Shown piece by piece: positions 1 through 11,640 of a stretch of DNA of 64,000 nucleotides. Location: contig NC_045696.1 of assembly GCF_009834535.1 (NCBI RefSeq), positions 45,634,001 through 45,698,000 of the forward strand, in the 5' to 3' direction. Source of the stretch: Camelus ferus. Its lineage: Eukaryota. The position numbers and the translations under genes are program-made. Every line of letters starts with the position of its first letter. The first letter of the stretch is position 1. The notes under the pieces were generated by a model. It ran no database searches, had not been told where the DNA came from, and saw nothing but the letters and a program-made list of their open reading frames with translations.

Positions 1-59
1 CAAAAAGCTCAAAACCCCTTTCACCCTAGTCCCCCTTTTTCCACCTTAATTTTATCCTT

Positions 60-245
60 AATATTTATTACATTCTAATGAATTATACATCATATTCATC
101 TTATTTACATTTTCTGTCTCCTTACAACAGAAAATGAGCTCCAAGGGAAGTCATATCTTTCTGTTTTGATCACTGTTATCACCAGCATTTAAAAAGCAGC
201 TGGCACAAGATAGAAGCTCAAGATTTGTCAGATGTAAAGAGTAGT
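60..245 (+). mobile_element. L2 LINE 3' end, degraded
   Basis: Resembles the L2 tail: gagctccaagggaag...cactgttatcaccagcattt...ctggcacaagatagaagctca. Boundaries approximate. Confidence 0.55.
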
Positions 246-469
246 AACTAATGATTTTTGGCCTATTTCACAGCTGTTGATAGAAGCCATTGTTTTAGAG
301 GGATGGTCTAGATGTGAGTAATGCAGATCACATTATAAGGACTCAGTTCAAAATGTTACAGCTTATCCCAATTATCTCCCCTAATGTCTAGTGTGCTAGT
401 GGAATAGACAATAATTAAAGACTGAAATTTTGTTTTTGTATTTCTCTATGTAGTTGGAACAACATGTGA

Positions 470-2871
470 AGTTACATAGTTAAAAATGCCCTTATGCCTC
501 TCTGTGGTCAATCCTCTGCCTTCACCCTCCAGCTCCTGACAAGCACTGATCTGATTTCCACTTCTAGGGCTTTTGCCATCCCTGGAATGTTGTATAAATG
601 GAATCATGTAGTATGTACCCTTTTTATGTAGGACTTCTTTCAGTTAGAACGATGCTTTTTAAGATTCATACTGTTGTATGCAAGCTCTACAGTTGTTTGG
701 GTTTGTGTGTCTGTTTGTTTATGCATATGAATGCCCCACACCATTTTTTAAAAGGATCTCTATCTCAGTTTAATTACCTTGGTATTGATGGAAAACAACA
801 ACTGACCACATGTGTGCGATCTATTTATGGGCTTTTTATTGGGTTAGAGTATTCTGTTTCTCCTTATGCCATTACCACAATTCCTTGAATACTATCACTT
901 TGCATTAAGTCTTATAGTCAGGTAGTATGAATATGCCAACTTCATTTTACTTTGTATTGTTTTGACTATTCTAAGTCCTTTGTAATTTCATATAAAATTT
1001 AGACTCAATTTGTCAATTTCTACAAAACACACACACAAACACACACACCCTCCTGAAAATCTGATTTGGATTGTGTTAAATTTACAGATTAACTTGGGTA
1101 AAACTGCCATCTTAACAACATAGAGTCTTCTAATCCATAATAGTATGACTATTCATTTAGCTCTTCCATAATTTCTATCAGCAATATTATGTAACTTTTA
1201 GTCTTGCACATATTTTGTGGCATCTATTTCTAAGTACTTCATGTCTATTGATAATATTGTAAATAATATTTTTAAATTTCTTTTCCAATTGCTTATTGCC
1301 AGTATATAGATATAAAATTGATTTTTGCATATTTAGTTTTATATTGCAAACTTGTTAACTTCATTTATTAGTTCTAGTAACTGTTTGACAATTAGATCAT
1401 CTGTAAATAAAGATAGCTTTTTCTTTTAAATCTGTGTATCTTCTAATTTTTATTTTTTGAAGAGAAATGGAAAAAAAGGACATATGTCCTTCCTTTGTTC
1501 CAAATCTTGGGAGAGTGGAGGTGCAGGGAACTCAGTCCTCCACTACAAAGAATGATGCTAGCTATAGATTTTTCATAATAGGCTTTTACATTGTTGAGAA
1601 ATTTTCATTCTATTCTTAATTTTCTGGGAGTATTTATCATGAATTGATGTTGAATTTTTTTCAGTGCTTTTTTAGTCTCTGAGATGAACATGTGTTTTTC
1701 TTATTTAGTCTGTTAATATAAATTATTTTGATTAATTTTTTAATGTTGATCCAGCCTTGCATTTTAGGGATGAATTTAACTTGAATGTGATTTGTTATCC
1801 CTTTTATAGATTGCTAGATTTGATTTGCTAATTTTTTTTTCACTGATTTTTACATCAATGTTAATGAAAGATATTGTTTTGCAGTTTTCTTTCCTTATAA
1901 TGTTTTTGATGTTGGTATTAGGGTAACGCTGACATCAAGAATGAATTAGGGAGTCAATTTTCCTCCTCAATTTTCTGCGAGAGTTTGCAAAGAATTGGTA
2001 TTATTTCTTGTTTAAGTGTTTGATAGCATTCATTTCTGAAGCCACCCAAACACAGATTTGTGTGTGGATGTGGGGGTAGGGACAAGGCTTTTAACTACAA
2101 ATTTAGTATCTTTAATAGCTCTAGCCCTACAAAGCTATCTCTTTTTAGATGGACTTTGGTAATTTTGGTCATTCAAGGGATCAACCCAGTATAACTAAGT
2201 TAGTGAATTTTCTGTCATAATTTGTTCAGAATACTCCTTTATTATTATTTTAGTATCTGTCAATTTTATTGGGATATATCCTTTTTTTCATTATGATATT
2301 GGCAACTTTTTTGCTCTTTTTTTTCCTGATCTTTCTGGTCTCTTCAAAGAAGCAGGTTTCAGTTTCATTGATTTTTTAAATTGTTTTTCTATTTTCTATT
2401 TTATTGACTTCTGCTCTTAACTTTATTATTACTTTCTTTATGCTTCCTTAGTGTTTAATTTGCTCTTTTTTCTGGATTCATAAGGTGGAAACTTAGATCA
2501 TTAATTTGACACCTCCTTTTCTAACATGAACATTTAAGAGTATACAGCTTAAATTGCATTCTACAAATTTTTAAATGTTGTGTTTAATTTTCATTCAATT
2601 TAAACTATTTTAAAATTTCCATTGTGATTGCTTCTTTGACTCATACATCATTTAGTATTGTGTTATTTAATTTAGAAATATTTTACGATTTTCTGGTAGA
2701 TGTATTTTGCTTTCCATATTGTGAAGCTCTGATAATAAGTGCATTTTCATTTAGGACTGCTTTGTCTTCTGGATGAGTTGATTCCTTTATAAGTACGTAA
2801 CATCCTTTTTTATCCCTAGTAATAGTCTTGAGTCTACTTTGTCTAATATTAAAATAAAGCATGCGATTCAC
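470..2871 (-). mobile_element. Old LINE-1 (L1M-type), deleted and decayed, from ORF2 endonuclease region to 3' UTR
   Basis: ORF 2683..2871(-) translates to KTITRDKKGCYVLIKESTHPEDKAVLN...RASQY, matching the L1 ORF2 endonuclease motif ITRDKEGHYIMIKGSIHQED. T-rich antisense L1 text throughout; antisense 3' UTR (ataaatggaatcatgtagtatgta) near 595. Confidence 0.85.
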
Positions 2872-4813
2872 TGTTGCTCCTTCTCTCTTCTCTCTCTCCT
2901 CTCACATCTTTATCTCCATTTTTTAAAAAAATAATAATATTTTGTGGTAGGAAAAAGAAGCTATGCCTTCTTTAAAACCTGGCTTAGGGGCTAACTGTAC
3001 TTCTATAAATTAAAGACATTTCACTTTAAGCCTTAATAATATACTTATTGGAAAAGTTTCATGTGCTATAATAGTTGTTTAAAAATGAAGAATTATCCTC
3101 TGGGTTGAGGTTCAGTCATACTTTTATAACTGGTAGTAATAACAATGACTATTACGTAACAGTAAGTTACAATGTCTATCACATCATAAGCAAATAATTT
3201 GTTCAACTTATTAACACTTTCAAAAGATATGTGTTTTGTTGTTGTTGTAGAAAGTATGAAGATAGACAAAACAGAAACATAATGACATATATAAAATATA
3301 ATTTACAAAGTCTTCTGTTATTCAAGTCTCCAGAAATAGGAAAGTTTGAAGGGAATAAGACAATGGCTAAATACACAAGAAAGAGGAACATATTTTTAGA
3401 AGAGCTGAGGTCTTTTGAAAAAGTATGTTTGGGCTACACAGGTTTTGTAGTCTCAGGGCACCTAGAAATCCATGTAAGTGACCTTGGTGATGATGGGCAA
3501 ACAACCTGACCTAAGGAACGTAATCTATGGCTGATATACCTTATCATCCATGGCATCTACTAGTGTTCTTTGTACATGTTAGTATTCATTGACTCTTCAT
3601 TGAAGATGTAAATGAATGAATGAACAAGAGGACAGTGATATGATGGCAAAGTGAGCTCTCTACAATTAAAATTAATAAATATCAATTTATACGAATGCTG
3701 TGTCATAGGCTAAAAAATTCCTGTATACAATAAATGTTATCCTACTATAAGATGAATCAAGTCAATCTGAACAACAAAAGTAAGTAATAGGTTTATTTCA
3801 CCCAGACTACACATTGGTGAGGCAGTAAGTCAGGATTTTTTAAAATGTCTTCCTTGCAACAGAAACTGATTAAAATACTGGTGGTTCTTAGAAGAAGTAG
3901 GAATTTTAAAAGGTTAAGCACTCGTAGGCAATACTTTGGAAGATGCAATTTCCCTAAAGTGCCACATGTAACAAGAGATCATGTGAGGACATATCTGGGG
4001 AAATATCTACCTGTAGTGATATTTCACAGGGGACCAAAAAGGCACTGAACTTTCGTCTATTTCCCCCAACAGAGTTGGAGGCTGCTCAGGACAAAGGGGT
4101 ACATCTGGTGATTGAGTCCCTCTCACAGGAGTCATGGAGGGTCCATGGGCTAGCGCTTTGGCTGGTGGGCACCAGAACAACTCACAAAAAGTACCCATTT
4201 AGGTGACCTGGGGGCAGGGCCAGGGGGACAGAGACATTTGGAGGGCTTGGACAATGGTATTTATCAACCAAAATGAAGCATTTCAATATTCTGAATAAGC
4301 AGTATCATTGTGTCATTGTGAACATCGGAACTATTTACCTGTTTGTGCAGTCATACACTTGGCAAGTGTTGAGTTAAACAGAGTTAAACAGATCTTATAC
4401 TATGGGAATTCTCAGAGGCTTAACTGGTAGTGCACACTGTAGTATCTAGGTTTTTTCTCACTTACTTGGACACAGAGCCTTTTTCTATACAGCGCATCTT
4501 GGGATTGTTCTTCTTAGAAACTGTGTCAATAAGTTCTGAACCAGGCTTATGAATTACAAAGATAACTGACGTTACAACTACCCTAAAATTTCAATGACTT
4601 AACATAAAGATTTATTTCTACCCTAACCTACAGTACAAGGTAGGATGGGGCTGTTTCCCTCGGTAGCTCTTTTCTAAGTAATGACTCAGGGATCTAGAAT
4701 TTTCTATCCTATGCTTCTGTCACTCCCTAGGGACTCCTTGGGGTTCCGCACTGCTTTCCCTCCACCTGTCTAACTGAGAAGGAGGGAAAAAAACATATTG
4801 AATGTAGAGACCA

Positions 4814-5553
4814 TGTAGTGATTTTAAAATGTATCCACAAATTTTTCCACAATCTTCACCTCAAAGGGTGAAGGCTAATTCTCTTGCCTATGAATGCAGG
4901 CTAGAATTGGTGACTTGCTTTTAACTAACTGAATGGAACAGGAGTGATGGTGAGTAATTTTTGAAATTACACCATAAAAAAGACATTCAGCTTCCTTCTT
5001 GCTTTCTCTCTCTCTTTCTTAGACCACATTATCTGGGAAAATCCAGATGCCAGGTTCTGAGGACAAGTCTGGCTTCATGAGTATAGGTCCTGTGCACTCT
5101 CACAGGCCCCACACTTAGAAGGGCACCACACTTGTTTTAATGCTCAGTGGTTGCCATGTTTCAACTATTAATAAATTTTCAACAAAGGGTCTCACATTTT
5201 CATGTTGCACTGAGCTCCACAAATTATGTAGCCAGCTCTATATGAGGATACTCAAGCCACTTTATGGAGAGGGCCATGTGATAACAGATCAACCAGTGAA
5301 GAACCGAAGATTCCTGACAGCCATGTGAGTGGACTATCTTGAGACTGAGTCCTCCTGCCCTAGGCAAGCCTTCAGATAACTACAGTGCTGCTAAATCTTG
5401 ACTGCAACTTCGTGAGAGGCCTTGGGTGAGAACCACCCAGCTTGGCCACTTACACATTCCTCACTAACAAAGAATGTGACACAATATATGTTTATTTTTT
5501 AAACCACTAAGTTTTAGAATAATTTTTATGTAGCAATAGACAAACAAAATACA
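4814..5553 (+). mobile_element. MaLR solo LTR (MLT1F/G-like)
   Basis: TG...CA termini: tgtagtgattttaaaatgtatccacaaa ... ccactaagttttagaat...gcaatagacaaacaaaataca. Confidence 0.75.
5064..5240 (+). mobile_element. MER91A hAT (Tip100) MITE
   Basis: Body ggcttcatg...cacaggccccacacttagaagggc...ttttcatgttgcactgagctccacaaattatgtagcc. 8-bp TSD tctgagga (5056-5063) / tatgagga (5241-5248), 7/8 identical. Confidence 0.85.
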
Positions 5554-5984
5554 GGATTTTAGAGACTGATTCTCAGAGCAGCATTTCCTTCAATCCACAT
5601 TTCATTAATCAAAGACCAGTCACATGGATTCAGTCAACTACAAATGAAGGTGAAAATTCAAGATGTTTATATGTCCTGGAAGAAGAGGATACTGATAAGC
5701 ATAAACATCTTCAGACACAGCCTGTGAACAAACCATCATTTATATGAGGTGGATTCTTATTAGTCATCACAACGTAACTGTAAGACTGACAAGAACGTGT
5801 GGAATGGGAAGAGGAAGCCAGCACAAAGTATCAGGGTTCAAGACCTTAAAGGCAATCAGGGATGAAATACAAACCTTATGTAGATTTTTAGTTTAGCCAA
5901 TCCACCTTTGCTAGAGATGGAAAAGACCCCATCAAAAAATTATTTCCATCAAAGCTTAAAAACTTTGGAGGTCCTACTAACATA

Positions 5985-6210
5985 ACCATGGGCTTGTAGC
6001 CAGAATGACTTTGGTTCCTGTCTTCAGTTTAACAGGTTAGTCCTTAATCATGTGCAGGCAACTTAATCATCCAGATCCTTCATCCCAAAGATTGGAAAAA
6101 AACCATGGGCTTATCTCAAGAGATGGTTGGAGGAGTTATATAATACTGTATAAAGAGCATTTGTCACAATAACTTGTACTTACTAAGCACTCAGCAAATA
6201 TTAAATGTGG
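5985..6210 (+). mobile_element. MIR SINE, degraded
   Basis: ggcaacttaatc core-like segment and 3' end tactaagcactcagcaaatatt. Confidence 0.5.
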
Positions 6211-6339
6211 TTTTATTAAAACCAGAAAAACAATAGTACTGGTGAAGATAATAGGCGATGACAGAGACACGAGGGAGTTAGAAGAATTAAACTTTTCCTG
6301 AGAAACATGAAAATCATTTGATTAGATTCTCAAAGTCAT

Positions 6340-7020
6340 ATATCATTCATTCAACAAGCATTTCTTCAGTAGCTATTAGAAACTAGTCATCACAGTGGCA
6401 GGTGCTAGGGTTTTGCAGTTCCTTCAGTTGGGGTTGCTTTTAGACAACCCTAGAGAAGACAAGACAATGAACATGCAGTTACTGCCATGAGTAGTGGTCA
6501 AGAGGAATGAAACTCACTTGGAGAACTGTATGAGATGAAGCCAACTGGCTCCTACAGTACAGGAGGTTCAGAGAAGGCTTTCCCCAAAAAGTAGTATGTA
6601 AGCCATGAATTGAAGGTGGAGTACATGTTCTCCAGACTAAGAATGTGTCAGAGAGGGATAGTGAAAGAATTGAAAGTCTTTCAGGAAGAGGGAAGAGCAG
6701 AAAGAATGGACTGAAGAAGGGCTTCCAAAGGACAAAACCAACCAAGGAATCTAAAATATTAACAACAACAAACAAAACTTCATGGGTGGATTATAGAATC
6801 AAAACTGATTTGGGATGGAAGTCAAAATAAGAGGAGATTGATGGCTAAAGAAAAAGTTGAAAATTTCAGAAGGAAGGAAAGATGGAGTAGGAATCTTTGA
6901 CTGACTAGAAAGATAAGAGGTCACCGTCAAGAAACAGGAGGTCACATCAACTATTTCCGTATGACGCAAGGTCCAGAGCATAACGGAGTGGATGGCCAAA
7001 ACTGAAGGGTGAAAGAAGGT
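6340..7020 (-). mobile_element. L2 LINE fragment
   Basis: Antisense L2 tail tcattcattcaacaagcattt followed by purine-rich antisense L2-like text. Confidence 0.45.
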
Positions 7021-8450
7021 CCTGGATATACAGCATTCAAGAAAGTGAGCCCAAGTAGAAATTTCAGTCCCCTGGCCTCAGGGCTGGACTTGGAACTGAG
7101 AGGTTCACTGTGAGCTGGATGCCAGAATGGTACAGGATGACCATGAAAAAAGACAGGGAAGAAACTGATGGTGCCAATAGTGTATACTTGGAGAGAATAG
7201 AGTTTGTTTCTTTTGTTTTTTGCAAGAGAGTAATGATCTTAAAATAGCACTTGGGAGAAATGAGAAGGAACCACCTTCTGACCCTGAGGTATGTAGAATT
7301 TGGAAGCTTGAGTAGCCGTCATCAGAGAAGAATCATGTCCTAAATGTGTCCTATAAAATCTTTGATAGTAAACAGGAGAAACTCAAAATGTCCCCAATTT
7401 CTAAACTAGTTACCACTGGAAAAAAAGATTGCCTCAAAAAAGAATTTTACCTTTAAACAAAATAGTGAAGAAGTCTTTAAAGGGAGCTAAGGTGCTTTAA
7501 ATTATAAATTCTAAAAGTTTTAAAATATGTAAGGTATGTAATAGTGTGTAGTAATACATATGCACAGAGTTAAAATAGTGTTATTCAAAGAAAGGAGAAT
7601 TTTAAGAAAGAAGTCTGCTATTTATAAGCTCCATTCCACTTTTCATCATGACAAACTAAAGTCAAGTCATTTCAGAAACAAACAAAAAAATGGCTTAAAA
7701 TTTATTAGCTCTTTTCCAGAAAAATAAATTAGAAATTGGCTCCAGTCATAAATGTGTGTGTGTGACTGAACATAAAAATGTACAAGAATATGCAGAGGCT
7801 TATAAAACAGTTATGAGGATTTTCATTTTATAATAGAAATGTACAGCCACTTTATAAAAGAAATGTAAACACTGTAAGTCAAAACATAACTGTCACACTA
7901 CCTCCAAGCCTACAGTGATCCTGGCATCCTCAATAACACTGTCTCCAAGATTTTAATGATATGTATGTACACGCGCCGTTTAAAGCCTAAACCCACCTAA
8001 AAGTGTTCCATAAACTAAGCTATTATATACTACAGATATAATTCTCTGTGCATTTTAATAATATTGGATTCTTCATCAACCTACTTTTCAGAAGATACGT
8101 TCTAATGAGAAGAAAGGTAAATCCTCTCGCTAATAACATCACGTAGAGTAAGTTGCTCCACCCCTTTCTATAAACTGTGAAAGTTCCTGGGTGGTTAAAC
8201 TATTTCCAAGATCACTGTTAGTAAACAACCATTATCTCCTCAAGCTGACACCAGAGGGAAAGTCACCAAACAGTGCAGTCATCTGGACGGGAAGTAGAAA
8301 CCAGGTAGCAAAACAAGTAAGTCTTTAGATCAAAGGAAGCTTATTGGGATTAGGAGAAACTAATTTATTAGAGAGCAAGAAGGTGGCACCTGAGTTCCAG
8401 AGGCAGCACTGAGTTAGTAGTTATTGTCCTGGACAGACAGACACTCTTTC

Positions 8451-8470
8451 CCACGTGACTCCACGTGACT
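8451..8470. promoter_or_regulatory. Tandem E-boxes (CCACGTGACT x2; USF/TFE-type GTCACGTG)
   Basis: Perfect 10-bp direct repeat, each copy with CACGTG and an intact CpG. Function is inferred from the motif only. Confidence 0.4.
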
Positions 8471-8740
8471 TTGCCCAATAAACTTCACCGTTACATACCC
8501 GCACAGCATACAATGTACAGTATCCCAGAAGACGATCTTACTGCAGTGGACTTACTCTCGGCAGTGATGCATGGGCTGGGGACCAAGCAGCCTTTCAGCG
8601 CCACAGGGACCCAGTTCCTCAGGGGGTCCCATTCCCACTGCGGCAGGAAGACAGCCACCTCTGGCCTCAGGATGTGCTTCCTGTTGAGACATGCAATGCC
8701 TTCCCTTTCATTCTTCTCTCCATGTGTGTGGTAAGAACCA

Positions 8741-8750
8741 CCATATTTGG
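8741..8750. promoter_or_regulatory. CArG box (SRF-type) CCATATTTGG
   Basis: Exact CC(A/T)6GG match. Motif only. Confidence 0.3.
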
Positions 8751-9607
8751 GCAAGAGGAAATTCTGAAAGGAAAACAGGCTCCTCTTCCTAAATTCTCCA
8801 ACTATAAGCTTCAGGGATGTATTACTTTAAAAAAAAAAAAAAAACCTGTGATGGGAAAACAATTAAACAATGACGGACCAAGCAGATTGCACAGTGGACG
8901 CTGACTACTGTTGCTGTGATTATCCTGGCCACATCTCATCGATTCATTGTCGGTGCTTTCAGTTGGTAGCTTTCCTCAATGCTTCACATCAAATATTGGT
9001 GTCTCTGTACATTTTTTTTCAGTTATTTCTGCCGCTGATGTAATTTTTTCCCCTGTGCCTCAAAGCATTGGGAACATGGATCATACAGATAACTAGGGTT
9101 TCTATTGTTTTATTTTAAACTCTGTTTGTGAAGGTGTCTTACACATTCACTGCTCTTGTTTATTTAATCCTTTGTCTGGCCTCATTATGCCTAAATGAAC
9201 ATATTCCATTTAATCAGTGCTTGTGGCCTAGAATGTCTTTCCGACAGACAGAACCATTTCATTATGTGACAGCAAAAATAAGAGTCAAAAGGAAAACAGT
9301 GTGTTCAAACATTGGATTGGAACCAACCATCTCCTATTTTACACTTCATTTCTGGCATTCATTCTAACAAGTGATGAAGTCTGAACCCAGGACAATTGGA
9401 CGAGGACCGTTAACCAGCATGTTAACAGAGACTGGCTAGTTTTCTCCTGGTAGGTTCTGCAGAGAAAATTTTTAATCTCTCTCTCTCAAAATACAGACTT
9501 TTGAACAGTTATTTTCCACTCCATTCCTGCCCATTGAAAGTTGAAAAGATGCTGGCAATACACTGAATTTTTAAGCACCTTGTTACCACGGAGAGTTGAA
9601 TAAATCG

Positions 9608-9626
9608 CCACTGCCCTCTAGTGTCC
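9608..9626 (-). promoter_or_regulatory. CTCF binding motif
   Basis: Minus strand GGACACTAGAGGGCAGTGG fits the CTCF core (CCACYAGRGGGCRS); several CpGs retained nearby. Confidence 0.6.
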
Positions 9627-11095
9627 GGAATAAGCAACACCCGGGAAACCACAGTCAGCTGCAGTGGCTTTGCTGGTGCAGCGGCTGGAGTCCTTTTTTG
9701 TTAGGAAGAGATGTGGTTTGTTTCCACTATATTCGGTAACCAAAGAGCTTCAGCTTTTCCCATAAATTCTCTGGAAATAGAAATGCTACATTTTTCAGTC
9801 ACGCAATATTTATTTCATAGTTTTATCTCTAAAAGCACAATGAAATGCAATTATATCATTCTTGAAGGGACTCAGCATAGAAATTTTCTTTTAATAAAAG
9901 AAACAATTTTAGCAAGTTTCTCTTCGATTTAAGAAAAGGCAATGCCAAGAAATTTATACATTCCCACTATGTCTGGAATTTAGTGTGCGTGCACATGTGT
10001 GTGTGCGTGTGAAATCAGTCTCTAAATAGATGTGAATATGACCTGTTTTTACTAATGGGATAATTAACTTGATTTTTAAAAATATACGGAAGATGAAACA
10101 AGTTACCCTTCTTGTCCTGGAGGACAAATAAATGAGACATTTTCAAGAAAGTCCACAGGAAACACTATCTGTTTGAAATCACTTCGATGATAGAAGCTGG
10201 GAACTCTTGGTCTCAAGGGAGACAGCTAAAGTGGAGTCTTTTTAAAGGTAGTAACTCTTCCCAGGGATCCCCAGAGACTGGAAGCACAAATGTCCCTCCT
10301 CCCTATCATGCAGCCACTGGCCCCTCTCCTCCACCCTCTCTCCTGCTCCACAGTTACTGGCAGTACTGGGCAGAGTCTGTGCGAGTCTGAACCACATGGA
10401 CCAGTGTGGTGAGAGCAGTGGTCCTTGGGGTGCTGTGTACCACAGATAGCAAAGGGATGATTAAATGTCAGGAGGAGGGTGACTCATAAACTCGTCTGAA
10501 AACACTGAAATGTGTTTAGTTTGGCCAGAGGGGATGATAATGGTCAGCAAATATGTGACTTCAGAGAAGTTGTTTTAAATGGTATAAATAAAGGACTAAG
10601 GGGAAAATGAACTGATAAGGGTAGAGTGATTTTCTGGAAATATTCCCCAACCTAAAATTGTGAAAGTGTTTCCAAAGGAAGAAGGACGTTTAAATTCTAG
10701 GATCTAAATTCCAAATCAGATAGAAGCAAGGATGATCATATTCAAAGCTGCTTTGGGAATTAAAGACTATGCAGCACGATTGTTTAGAATGGACTGACCT
10801 CTCCTAACAGCTGAATTAAGCAAGCAATCCCCATTTACACTTTTTACATAAATATCTCCCTCTGCACTGCAATTTCTCCCTACCATTTTTTCCCCTTTTC
10901 CATCACCTCTTTCTCCATACATGTTTTACCTATGCCTGGAATTCCCCACTTTTGCCCATATGATTCATTCTCTACACTCATTCTTTTTCCAAAGAAATTT
11001 TCCTTCCTGCCCAATGTCAATGGTCCCCTAGGACAACGTTTTCAATGTCCTCCAAGATTAATACGGATAGCTTACAGGTTATGAAATTAGCCTGT

Positions 11096-11454
11096 TGCAA
11101 TGGACAGAACATATGTGTCCCTCTTCAAATTTATATGTCAAAAATGTAATCCCAGTGTGATGAAATACCATCTCACTGGGTAATCTGGGTGGGGCCTTGG
11201 GGAGATAATAAGGTCATGAGGGTGGAGCCCTCATGAATGGGATTGGTGCCCTTATGAGAAGAGGCCAGAGAGCTCTCTTACTGTCATGTGAGGACACAGC
11301 AAGACAGTCCTCTGTAAACCAGAAAGAGGGCACTTACCAAGGTCCCAATCATCCTGGTCTCAGACTGCCAGCCTCCAGTACTGTGAGAAATAAATGTGTG
11401 TTGTTTAAACCACCCATTCTATGGTGATATGTTATGACAGCCTGAGCTAAGATG
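11096..11454 (+). mobile_element. MaLR solo LTR (MLT1A-like)
   Basis: ggtcatgagggtggagccctcatgaatgggatt...catgtgaggacacagcaag...cagcctccagtactgtgagaaataaa...ctaagatg. Confidence 0.85.
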
Positions 11455-11640
11455 CCTCAGGAGCAAAACTACTTAGGTTTGAATAGTTCTGTAAAGTCAG
11501 GCAAATCACTCAACCTCCCAGTGCTTCAGTGTATAAACTGGGGAAAATTGTAAGACCAGGTTTGAGGATTAAGTGAATTAACATATAGCCACTAAGAATA
11601 AAGTCTGGCAGGTAAGAATCACTGTTAAAATGTAGTAATT
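11455..11640 (+). mobile_element. MIR SINE adjoining the LTR
   Basis: ggcaaatcactcaacctcccagtgcttcag...tgaggattaagtga. Confidence 0.6.

Larger units (their letters stand above)
4550..5715 (-). mobile_element. Old MaLR LTR (MLT1K/L-like), split by a younger LTR
   Basis: Left part: gttacaactaccctaaaatttcaatgacttaaca...tttatttct. It resumes after 5553 with cacatttcattaatcaaagaccagtcacatgg...gtcctggaagaagagg. Confidence 0.55.
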
